From an uncultured archaeon (GTDB lineage Archaea; Asgardarchaeota; Lokiarchaeia; Sigyniarchaeales; SOKP01), in the NCBI GenBank assembly GCA_964508365.1, contig CAZDTP010000004.1, forward strand, positions 49,681-113,680: a stretch of 64,000 bases of DNA, written 5' to 3'. Numbering within the stretch: position 1 is the stretch's first letter; each line of letters opens with the position of its first letter. The position numbers and the translations under genes were made by a program. The notes below the pieces were generated by a model, which was not told the DNA's origin, did not search any database, and saw nothing but the letters and a program-made list of their open reading frames with translations. This document shows, piece by piece, positions 29,479 to 38,611 of the stretch.

Positions 29479-29600
29479 AAATATTATAATGTAAAATCAG
29501 CTTAAATTCCTTGCTATTCATTCATAGGTAATACCCTGATCTAAAGGTATTTAGCGATTTTTAGAAAATATTTAATTCAATTAATTGCTATCGAGACTCG

Positions 29601-30362
29601 ATGAGCTCTAAAAAATATGCTACTGATCCGAAGAAAAGATTTTCTAATAGAGTAGAAAACTATATCAAATACCGACCAAGCTACCCATTAGAAATTATTA
29701 ATTTTCTAAAAGAGAGAAATATACTAGCAAAAAATACTATAATTGCCGATATCGGATCAGGTACAGGAATTCTAACCAAAATATTCTTAGATAATGGTAA
29801 CCAAGTTTATGGGATTGAACCCAATAAAGATATGAGAGAAGCAGCTGAAAAAATTCTCCATGGATATACAAATTTTATAAGTCTTGAAGGTTCTGCTGAG
29901 TCTACGGGATTAGAGGAATATAGTATAGAACTTATCGTTGCTGGGCAAGCTTTTCATTGGTTCTTTGTAGAGAGGACTAAGAGAGAATTTAAAAGAATAT
30001 TAAAACCAAATGGTAATGTAGCATTAATTTGGAACAATCGCGGAAAAGCCGGAACAGATTTTAATAATAGCTATGAAAATTTCATTTTAAAATACGGCAC
30101 GGATGTTAGAGAAGTAAGGAAAAATGAGGGAAATGTGAATCTTTTTTTTAATTATCAAAAAGAAACATTCTATAATTTTCAAGAATTAGATTTTACCAGT
30201 TTTAAAGGTAGGGTCCTTTCATCATCTTACATTCCTTTAGCTGATACTCCTATTTTCCCAAAAATGATATTGGAACTGGAGGATTTATTTAACAAACACC
30301 AACGGAATGGTATTATTAAAATTGAATACGATACCGAAATATACCTTGGTAAATTAGAATAA
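29601..30362 (+). CDS. Class I SAM-dependent methyltransferase
   Basis: RPSYP, ADIGSGTG, GQAFHWF, ILKPNG. Confidence 0.9.
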   Translation: MSSKKYATDPKKRFSNRVENYIKYRPSYPLEIINFLKERNILAKNTIIADIGSGTGILTKIFLDNGNQVYGIEPNKDMREAAEKILHGYTNFISLEGSAESTGLEEYSIELIVAGQAFHWFFVERTKREFKRILKPNGNVALIWNNRGKAGTDFNNSYENFILKYGTDVREVRKNEGNVNLFFNYQKETFYNFQELDFTSFKGRVLSSSYIPLADTPIFPKMILELEDLFNKHQRNGIIKIEYDTEIYLGKLE

Positions 30363-30364
30363 TT
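30223..30364 (+). repeat. Direct repeat, copy 1 (3' end of the methyltransferase gene)
   Basis: 142 bp, 126/142 identical by hand alignment to 31086..31227. Confidence 0.95.
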
Positions 30365-30403
30365 TTTAATACTTATTCATTATTTAATTTTTTAGGTATT
30401 ATT

Positions 30404-31066
30404 ATGAATATTATTGAAGATGAATACCGTAAAATAATTGAATTTTATCCTAATGCAATTGTTGAGAAAAATTGTATTTCTCAAGTAAAAATTCCAGTAA
30501 AAGATAAATTTTTTTTGGAAATCAACTTTAAAAATTACCCAAAAAAACCAATTGTTAATTTAATTAGTAAAGATGACCGTATGTATCGAAAAGTTGATAA
30601 AATTATTCCCTTATTAAATAGATGGGAAAAAAAAAATCCTCCTTTTATTATTGATCTCATTAATGAGATATTAACTTTCATTAACAGTTTGGAATCTAAA
30701 GATATAAAAATTAAAAAAGAATTACTAAATGGACTCTTAGCGTTATGTAAAAATCAACATCCGAGAGAAATATTAGGACTTTTAAGAATCATTAATGGAA
30801 TCGCGATAGAATATATTTTACCTCCAGGAGCAATTACTTCTAACACTTCTGGGTCTCTTATTCCTAGTAGATTGGGTTTTGATTTATCTCTCAAGGGATC
30901 TATTCATTCTCATCCTTCTGGAAATCCTAATCCTTCTCTTGTTGATATTAATAATGTATTTAAAACAAAAAAATTCAATTTTATTATTGCTTATCCATAT
31001 GATTTGAGCAGTATAAGATGCTTTAATAGTAAAGGACGGGAGATTGAGTTCAGCATATTAGATTAA
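30404..31066 (+). CDS. Fusion of a UBC/UEV-like domain and a JAMM/MPN+ metallo-isopeptidase
   Basis: N-half FFLEINFKNYPKKPIVNL...LNRWEKKNPPFIIDLINEI has no catalytic Cys. C-half has E (HPREI) and HSHPSGNPNPSLVD, which is HxHx7Sx2D. Confidence 0.75.
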   Translation: MNIIEDEYRKIIEFYPNAIVEKNCISQVKIPVKDKFFLEINFKNYPKKPIVNLISKDDRMYRKVDKIIPLLNRWEKKNPPFIIDLINEILTFINSLESKDIKIKKELLNGLLALCKNQHPREILGLLRIINGIAIEYILPPGAITSNTSGSLIPSRLGFDLSLKGSIHSHPSGNPNPSLVDINNVFKTKKFNFIIAYPYDLSSIRCFNSKGREIEFSILD

Positions 31067-31085
31067 AAGATTAGAGCCCTTTCTG

Positions 31086-31227
31086 CATCTTACATTCCTT
31101 TAGCTGATAATCTTATTTTTCCAAAAATGTTATTGGGATTGGAAGATTTATTTACCAGACACCAACGGAATGAAATTATTAGAATTGAATACGATACCGA
31201 ATAATATCTTCGTAAATTAGAATAATT
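31086..31227 (+). repeat. Direct repeat, copy 2 (decayed duplicate of the methyltransferase 3' end)
   Basis: See 30223..30364. Weaker similarity extends back to about 31064. Carries a premature TAA (GAA TAA versus GAA ATA). Confidence 0.95.
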
Positions 31228-31322
31228 CAGAAGTTTATTATTTAGAGAATTTGAAAGAAAATCTTTTTAATCCTAAAATTGTTAGTAAAAAATAAGCAAA
31301 TTAACAAATTTAAGGTATAAAT

Positions 31323-31898
31323 ATGAAAGTAGTTGTTTTTAATGGAAGTCCTAGGAGTGATGGTAATACCTCCCTATGTTTAAATATGGTAATGGACGAA
31401 TTGAAGAGTGCCGGAATTGAGACTGAATACATTTGGATCGGTATGGATAAAATCGAAGGGTGTATCTCCTGTTATCAATGTGCTAAGAATAAAGATAAGA
31501 AATGTGGAGTTAAAACTGACAAATTGAACGAATATTTAGAAAAAATGATAGAAGCTGATGGCATAATATTAGGATCACCTACATATTTTGCGGATACTTC
31601 TACAAGAATGAAAGCTTTAATCGAAAGAGCAGGTCTCGTTAGTAAAATGAATGGTGACCTACTTAAACATAAAGTGGGTGCCAGCGTAGTAGCTGTAAGG
31701 CGCGCAGGAGCGACACATGTATTTTCGAGTATGAATTATTTTTTCCTAATTAATCAAATGTTTGTAGTAGGTTCAAGCTATTGGAATTTAGGTATCGGGT
31801 ATAATCCCGGAGATGTGATGAATGACACGGAAGGAAAACAAACATTTAAAAATTTAGGTCAAAACATGGCTTACTTACTTCAAAAACTTAATATATAA
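31323..31898 (+). CDS. Iron-sulfur flavoprotein (Isf, flavodoxin-like family)
   Basis: NGSPR..GNT, CISCYQC..KDKKC, GSPTYF, RRAG. Confidence 0.9.
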   Translation: MKVVVFNGSPRSDGNTSLCLNMVMDELKSAGIETEYIWIGMDKIEGCISCYQCAKNKDKKCGVKTDKLNEYLEKMIEADGIILGSPTYFADTSTRMKALIERAGLVSKMNGDLLKHKVGASVVAVRRAGATHVFSSMNYFFLINQMFVVGSSYWNLGIGYNPGDVMNDTEGKQTFKNLGQNMAYLLQKLNI

Positions 31899-31958
31899 TT
31901 AAGCAGAAAGATGCTGGCTAATTATTTTTATTACTTTTTAGGTAAAAATCTCTTTTAG

Positions 31959-32414
31959 TTATTTATCTTTCAACTCATAAAGCGTATCACAGAAAGGGTC
32001 ACCCTCAGCGAGAGTTTTAATAATTTTTATTCGTACTTTTTCGTTCACAGCAGTTCGGAAATATTCACCGTCAATCTCCATTACCGTCTCACATAATTCT
32101 CTTGAAGTATTTTCTAGCCCAAAAGGACATTTAGTTCCTTGGATTTGGAATTTTTCATCAGAAATTTCAATTACTTTTACATCATTCATATCAAAGCTTT
32201 TAGAAAATGCTGTTGCTACGGTTGATAATCTATTGTCAGGTAATTTCTTTTTTACTTTTAAGCCGAGAGAACAACCCTGCTTCCTACACACATCTTTAAT
32301 TATAGGTAAAACAGCCCTTCCGAATTTTTCATAACAAGCTTTAATTAACATTCCTTGTGCTTCTATTGGATTTTTTGGTAATTCATTTATGTTAATTTTT
32401 TTCAAGGTCTTCAC
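31959..32414 (-). CDS. L-2-amino-thiazoline-4-carboxylate hydrolase-like / V4R-like protein
   Basis: TKCPF, LCETVMEID, LAEGDPFC. Confidence 0.7.
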   Translation of the reverse strand: MKTLKKININELPKNPIEAQGMLIKACYEKFGRAVLPIIKDVCRKQGCSLGLKVKKKLPDNRLSTVATAFSKSFDMNDVKVIEISDEKFQIQGTKCPFGLENTSRELCETVMEIDGEYFRTAVNEKVRIKIIKTLAEGDPFCDTLYELKDK

Positions 32415-32502
32415 CTATTTAATTTTAAAAGCCAATTTAATAGAGTTAAAACATCATCTCTCATTAAAATTGAGTATTTTATAAAAAAAAGATTCTTTCT
32501 AT

Positions 32503-32932
32503 CTAAATGTTATCTTTAGTTATTTTAATTACTAAAGGTCCAATATTAGAAGGAATATCAATTTCTATATATCCATCAGGATCTTCATTAAGTAACCTTG
32601 TTTAAATTCTCAATAGTATAAAGATCTGATAAATATGTTTTGTCGTTCTCAAAATTATATAACCCTATTCCTCCACCGAGTTTTCCATAATGACTGTCAT
32701 GGTATGTTAACCATTTAAATCCTCTGGTTCCATCTAAAAGTTGAACATATCCTCCATTATGAGCAGTGCCCGTTATTCTATCGTTACCTAGTTGATGAAA
32801 ATGATCTGTTGAAAAACCATAAGACGTTTTGACTTTTGCAATTGGATCTGTTAAATGATTACATTTATAATCATAAGCAGGAAATCCATTTTCATCTGTA
32901 ATCCATTCTCCAAAATAACCATTTCCCTTCAT
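32503..32932 (-). pseudogene. Collapsed remnant of a large GH94/cellobiose-phosphorylase-like glycoside enzyme gene
   Basis: 114-aa N-terminus (YFGEWITDENGFPAY...HQLGNDR...GYVQL) followed, in another frame, by a short C-terminus-like tail LLNEDPDGYIEIDIPSNIGPLVIKITKDNI*. Confidence 0.5.
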
Positions 32933-33065
32933 TATGAAATCTATGATGATACTGTTAAATTTTATGTTTTTAATACCATTGTTTAATATTTTAAAATCGT
33001 ACTAAATATTAGTGTTTTTGAATTATTTATTAGTAATAGAATGAAATTACTGAAGTAAGTCGTGC

Positions 33066-35441
33066 TTGAAGGCTTCCAATATGAATGAACGAATCAAGAA
33101 ACTGCGAATGCAAAGTCGTTCTGCAATTCCGTATCTTTCATTGGAACGTGCTTTATTAATCACAGAGTTTTACAAGAAAGGAGCTGCTCAATTATACTCT
33201 ATACCCGTTTTGAGAGCGAAAGCTTTTCAATACATACTAGAAAACAAAGAAATATGCTTCAATGATGGTGAGTTAATAGTCGGAGAACGAGGTCCGGAGC
33301 CAAAAGCGACTCCCTCTTATCCAGAAGTTTGTTGTCATTCGTTAAAGGATTTAAAAATTTTAGATTCTCGAGAGAAAATTTCTTTCAAAGTACAGGATGA
33401 TGTAAGGGTAAAATCAAGAGATATTATCATTCCATTTTGGAAAGGAAAAACAATCAGAGAAAAAATCTTTTCTCAAGTCGATCAAGAGTGGCAAGACGCG
33501 TATTACGCAGGAGTTTTCACTGAATTCATGGAACAAAGGGCTCCAGGGCACACTGTAGCGGGAAAAAATATTTGGAGTATAGGTTTCTTAGATTTTAAAA
33601 AACAAATCAAAGAAAACATTGATAAGCTAGATTTTTTCACCGATCCTAACGCTTTCGCTAAAAGAGAACAGTTGAAAGCCATGGATATAGCAGCTGATAG
33701 TATAATATCTTATGCAATGAGGCATTCTGAAAAGGCTTTAAAGTTAGCTGAAAACGAATCTAATCCAACGAGAAAAAAGGAATTAGAAAAGATCGCTGAA
33801 GTTTGCTCGAATGTGCCTGCTCATGCTCCAAGAACATTCTGGGAAGCGTTACAGCATTACTGGTTTATTCATTTAGGCGTGATTACGGAATATAACACTT
33901 GGGATTCCTTTAATCCTGGTCGCCTTGATCAACATTTATACCCTTTTTACAAGAAAGATATTTCCAATGGTATTTTAACAAAAGAGGATGCCATCGAACT
34001 ACTCCAAGCTTTCTGGATTAAATTTAATAACCAACCAGCTCCTCCAAAAGTGGGTGTAACAGCCGAAGAAAGCGGCACTTACACAGATTTTTGCAATATT
34101 AATCTCGGAGGATTAAAAGAAGATGGTTCTGATGGAGTAAATGAACTTTCTTACATAATTTTAGATGTAGTTGAAGATATGAGAATATTACAGCCTAGTA
34201 GTAATGTTCAAATAAGTGAAAAAACACCAGACGATTTTATTAGAAGAGCTCTTAAAATTATTAAAACAGGATTCGGTCAACCCTCGGTTTTTAATGCAGA
34301 CGCCATTATCCAAGAACTTACACGCCAAGGAAAATCGATAGAAGATGCTCGAAACGGTGGTGCGAGTGGTTGTGTTGAAACAGGTGCTTTTGGTAAAGAA
34401 GCTTACATTTTAACAGGATACTTTAATCTTGTGAAAATTTTTGAAATTACTTTACATAATGGAAACGATCCTTTAACGGGTAAACAAGTTGGATTAAAGA
34501 CGGGAGAACCTACCTCTTATAGAACTTTTAACGAGTTATTAGAAGCGTATACAAAACAAATCAAGCATTTTGTTGACATTAAAATCAAAGGTAATCTAAT
34601 AATAGAGCGGATTTGGGCGCAAAATCCATCCCCATTTTTATCAATTATTATTGATGATTGCATCTTAAATGGAAAAGACTATAATGATGGTGGAGCAAAA
34701 TACAATACGTCCTATATTCAAATTGTTGGTATGGGAAGCATAACTGATTGTTTAACTTCTTTAAAATATAATGTTTATGACAATAATATTTATACTATGA
34801 AACAGATGCTTGAAGTGCTTAAAAATGACTTCGAAGGTTTTGAGGAAATAAGGCAAAAACTGATTTCTAGAACACCAAAATATGGGAATGATAAAGATTA
34901 CGCCGATCTTATCACCCAACAAGTTTTTGAGATTGTTTATAACGCCATTGATAGTCGTCCGAACACTAGAGGAGGAGTACATAGGATAAATCTACTTCCT
35001 ACAACAGTCCACATATATTTTGGAGAAGTAACTGGCGCCACACCAGATGGTAGGAAAGCACATACGCCTTTATCAGAAGGGATTTCGCCAGTCCAAGGGA
35101 TGGATATTAATGGTCCAACCGCGGTAATAAAGTCTGCAGGTAAAATTGACCATCTTCGAACTGGAGGGACTTTATTAAATCAAAAATTTTCACCTAAATT
35201 CTTTTCAAGTGAATCAGGTATTACCAACATAACTCATCTAATACGCTCTTATTTTAAAATGGGGGGTCATCATATTCAGTTTAACGTTGTTTCGGCAAAT
35301 ACATTGCGCGCTGCTCAAAAAGATCCAGTACAATATCATAATCTAATTGTACGTGTTGCTGGTTATAGCGATTATTATGTAAACTTAGGAAAGGATTTAC
35401 AGGAAGAAATTATTAGAAGAACCGAACATTTTTCTATTTAG
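33066..35441 (+). CDS. hypD: Glycyl radical enzyme, trans-4-hydroxy-L-proline dehydratase
   Basis: FMEQRAPGHTV, NTWDSFNPGRLDQ, EESGTYTDF, SGCVE (thiyl Cys), LTGY, LPTT, VRVAGYS (Gly radical). These are the HypD substrate-pocket residues as I recall them. Confidence 0.85.
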   Translation: MKASNMNERIKKLRMQSRSAIPYLSLERALLITEFYKKGAAQLYSIPVLRAKAFQYILENKEICFNDGELIVGERGPEPKATPSYPEVCCHSLKDLKILDSREKISFKVQDDVRVKSRDIIIPFWKGKTIREKIFSQVDQEWQDAYYAGVFTEFMEQRAPGHTVAGKNIWSIGFLDFKKQIKENIDKLDFFTDPNAFAKREQLKAMDIAADSIISYAMRHSEKALKLAENESNPTRKKELEKIAEVCSNVPAHAPRTFWEALQHYWFIHLGVITEYNTWDSFNPGRLDQHLYPFYKKDISNGILTKEDAIELLQAFWIKFNNQPAPPKVGVTAEESGTYTDFCNINLGGLKEDGSDGVNELSYIILDVVEDMRILQPSSNVQISEKTPDDFIRRALKIIKTGFGQPSVFNADAIIQELTRQGKSIEDARNGGASGCVETGAFGKEAYILTGYFNLVKIFEITLHNGNDPLTGKQVGLKTGEPTSYRTFNELLEAYTKQIKHFVDIKIKGNLIIERIWAQNPSPFLSIIIDDCILNGKDYNDGGAKYNTSYIQIVGMGSITDCLTSLKYNVYDNNIYTMKQMLEVLKNDFEGFEEIRQKLISRTPKYGNDKDYADLITQQVFEIVYNAIDSRPNTRGGVHRINLLPTTVHIYFGEVTGATPDGRKAHTPLSEGISPVQGMDINGPTAVIKSAGKIDHLRTGGTLLNQKFSPKFFSSESGITNITHLIRSYFKMGGHHIQFNVVSANTLRAAQKDPVQYHNLIVRVAGYSDYYVNLGKDLQEEIIRRTEHFSI

Positions 35442-35521
35442 AATAAAAACTAAATACGATTTAATGGATTTTGTTTTTATTAAATTTAATCTTATTTCTT
35501 ATTATAATTGAAGGATAACTA

Positions 35522-36730
35522 ATGACATATGAAAAAAGCCCACAAAAGTGGCGTTTCTGGCCCGTTATATTAATATGTTCTTTTTACACCATTAATAGCG
35601 CTTTAATAAGCCTTGGAATTCCAATTTTCTTCTTTCAGAGAGGTGTCAGTATAGAAATCATTAGTTTTTTATCTGCAGCTCTAATAATAGCATACTGTTT
35701 TTCACCACTACTATTCAACAAAGCATCTAATAGACTTGGACGAAAGAAAAGTGTAATATTAGCTATGGTCGGAGTTGGGGGTACTCAAATTACTTATTAC
35801 TTCGTTTTAGACCCTTTAGTTTTTCTCATTGCACGATTTACAGAAGGTCTTTTTTTAGGTTTCTTTGCCCCAAATTTACAGGCAAGTATTTCAGATAATC
35901 CATTGTTAGATCATAGTAAATATCTATCGAGATTAACTCTATCATTTAATTCAGGAAGTTTAATTGGACTCCTTTTTGGAGCACTCTTCTTATTCTTTAT
36001 AAATAATATGATATTAGTTTTTTATATTGCACCATTATTAGTAATAACCACTGCAATTATTGCAATATTCTTCTTTCAAGAGTCTACAAAATTAAACAGT
36101 AACATTGGAATCAAAGAGTCGGTGAATACAAACGAAAAAAATTCGTTCTTAAATAATTATGACATGTCAGATGAAGGTAAATATTATATCCCTATAGTAA
36201 TCCCTATAATATTCTTGTTTGGTTTCTCTTTTGCAATTGGAAGTGCTAATTTTATATATCCTATAAAATCAGAGATTTTAGGATTTCAACCTTATAGTGC
36301 ATATTTACTTTCTTTTTTTGCAACATTTGCTCAAACGCTCTCTACATATAAAACAAGTTTGTGGTCAATTAAAAGATTAAAGGTTGTATCGTTAATTTCA
36401 ATAATTTTAGTATCTCTTTTAATCCTATGCTTTGGTATTAATGAAATTTATTTTGGTTTCATTATACTTTTTGTTATAATTGGATTTTTTGCGGGTATTT
36501 TATACGGAAGTGCTATAAAGTTTTTTATGATCCTTAATCTAACTAAACGTACCTCTATATATAGTAGTATAATGGAAAGCCTTTCTGGCATTACTTATTT
36601 TGCCACCCAAATAACCGCGGGGTTTATCGGTGGAATAAGCTTAGAGCTAGCATTCTTTATACTCTCAATAATTCTTATGGTAATTTTTATGGTAAATCTC
36701 CTTTACATGAAAAAAGTAGTAAAGATATAG
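35522..36730 (+). CDS. MFS transporter
   Basis: About 12 TM segments; motif A-like SNRLGRKK. Confidence 0.85.
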   Translation: MTYEKSPQKWRFWPVILICSFYTINSALISLGIPIFFFQRGVSIEIISFLSAALIIAYCFSPLLFNKASNRLGRKKSVILAMVGVGGTQITYYFVLDPLVFLIARFTEGLFLGFFAPNLQASISDNPLLDHSKYLSRLTLSFNSGSLIGLLFGALFLFFINNMILVFYIAPLLVITTAIIAIFFFQESTKLNSNIGIKESVNTNEKNSFLNNYDMSDEGKYYIPIVIPIIFLFGFSFAIGSANFIYPIKSEILGFQPYSAYLLSFFATFAQTLSTYKTSLWSIKRLKVVSLISIILVSLLILCFGINEIYFGFIILFVIIGFFAGILYGSAIKFFMILNLTKRTSIYSSIMESLSGITYFATQITAGFIGGISLELAFFILSIILMVIFMVNLLYMKKVVKI

Positions 36731-36987
36731 AATTTATGTATTAAGGCTTTAGGAAGCTATGATAAAATTTATCTATAATTGATTAATTTTCCCATTTAAA
36801 CAATTTTAAAAATAATATAAAAATGTAACGTCTATAACCTTTTATTTAAGTTATGCTTCAAAATCGTTAAAAGAAAAAAATTAAATAGAATTAACTAATT
36901 TACAAATGAATTTTTTAGCTATAATTCTTATAGCTATAGTTAAATAGAAATTAAAAAAAAAAAAAGGTTTTCGCTCATAAAATTTAC

Positions 36988-38235
36988 CTATCTTTCTTCA
37001 ATTTTCATATATTTTTTACCTAGCTCACCAATATAACGAAGTCTTGGTCTGATTAATTTGTTATCTTTGAGTTGTTCTATGGCGTGAGCAACCCACCCTG
37101 CTGATCTACTTGCTGCAAATAGTGGCGTGAAAGATGTTGTAGGAATTCCTAGTGTATATAATAGTCCTGCAGAATATAAATCTACATTTGGATAAATATT
37201 CTTAGTTTTAATTATGTAATCCTTGAGAATCTCAGTCATCTCTATTATATAATCAACATCGTCATGAATATCATGTCCGTTATTAGGAATTTTATCAATT
37301 AATTCGCCATTTTGAGCTTTTTCAAAAAAATCCATTGATATATCTCTTAAAATTTTAGCCCGTGGGTCCCAGGTTTTATATACTCTATGTCCAAATCCCA
37401 TAATTTTTTCTTTTCTTTCAAATTTTTTCTCTGCCCATGGAATAACAAGCTCTTTTTTCTTTATCTTACTAATCATATATTTTATAACCGCCTCATTTGC
37501 CCCGCCGTGTAGAGGACCTCTCAGTGTACCTATAGCGCTTGTAATACCACTATAAATATCCGAAAGTGTTGAAACCGTTACACGACAAGAGAATGTTGAT
37601 GAATTAATAGAGTGATCTGCGTGACAAATCAATATATCATCAAAAGCTTCTTCAAAATCCTTGTCTGGTCTACTTCCAGTCATCATATAATAATAATTTG
37701 CAGAATGAGAAAGATCTTCTGAAGGTTCTATAAGAGGCAAATTAGTTTGAATCCGATGAGCAAATGCTAATAATGTTGGCATTTTTGCTAATATTCTAAG
37801 CCCTTTTCTAATATTAGCTGGTTCGGTGTAATCATAATCATCTGGATCATATAAGGAAAGAGCGGAGATTGCTGTTCTTAGGAGTTCAATCCTCGTAGTG
37901 TTCCTTGGAAAACTTTTTAGAATGCTAATTATATTATCTGGAATATTTCTTTCCTTTATTAATAAATCTTTGAACTCATTAAACTCAGAATTACTCGGAA
38001 GTTTTCCATATATAAGCAAATAAGCAACTTCCTCAAAATTGGAATTTTCACATAACTTTTTTAGAGGATAACCGCGATAATATAATTTTCCATTTATTCC
38101 ATCAATATACGTGATCAAACTCTCATCTACATAGACTCCAACCAAACCTTTATATATTTTTGGTCGATCTACCTTAGAGAGCTCAGGCTCAGCATCCTCA
38201 TAATCTTCACTAATTTTTCTTTTATCTGCTTTCAT
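36988..38235 (-). CDS. gltA: Citrate synthase / 2-methylcitrate synthase family
   Basis: GKLYYRGY, ADH, GPLHGGANE, MGFGHRVYK, YPNVD, R..GWVAH. Confidence 0.92.
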   Translation of the reverse strand: MKADKRKISEDYEDAEPELSKVDRPKIYKGLVGVYVDESLITYIDGINGKLYYRGYPLKKLCENSNFEEVAYLLIYGKLPSNSEFNEFKDLLIKERNIPDNIISILKSFPRNTTRIELLRTAISALSLYDPDDYDYTEPANIRKGLRILAKMPTLLAFAHRIQTNLPLIEPSEDLSHSANYYYMMTGSRPDKDFEEAFDDILICHADHSINSSTFSCRVTVSTLSDIYSGITSAIGTLRGPLHGGANEAVIKYMISKIKKKELVIPWAEKKFERKEKIMGFGHRVYKTWDPRAKILRDISMDFFEKAQNGELIDKIPNNGHDIHDDVDYIIEMTEILKDYIIKTKNIYPNVDLYSAGLLYTLGIPTTSFTPLFAASRSAGWVAHAIEQLKDNKLIRPRLRYIGELGKKYMKIEER

Positions 38236-38498
38236 TATTTAGATATCTTATTTGCTTATTAACTCCTAATAATACCTTGAAGTAGAGTGGCAAAATAAAT
38301 ATTTCTTAAGCTTTTAATCATTAATTTTGAAAATAAATAAGAGAAAAAATCAAAAAAAAAAAAGAAAATTTATTGTTTAAATTAAACACACTTCATTGAA
38401 TGAGTTATATTTTTCTGTTTTTATATGTTGTAATAACTAATTTCGCATCTCCCTCTAATAAATAAGAAATGCGTAAAGGTCATCGTTCTATTATTTTT

Positions 38499-38591
38499 TT
38501 AACTACAAATTTTATATACTCCACACACTCCCATGAGTTTATTCTTAGCTTCCTCTCGAATCTCAGTTAAAGTCATTTCTTTTAATATCAT
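38499..38591 (-). pseudogene. 30-codon 5' stub resembling an FMN-dependent alpha-hydroxy-acid oxidizing enzyme
   Basis: GGTGA RBS, then MILKEMTLTEIREEAKNKLMGVCGVYKICS*. Confidence 0.5.
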
Positions 38592-38611
38592 ACTTTCACC
38601 TATACATTCTC

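Noticed and set aside
31262-31278. 17-bp exact match tctttttaatcctaaaa, also at 61761..61777
   Set aside because: A low-complexity, TATA-like AT-rich word; two copies are not enough to call an att site or mobile-element end
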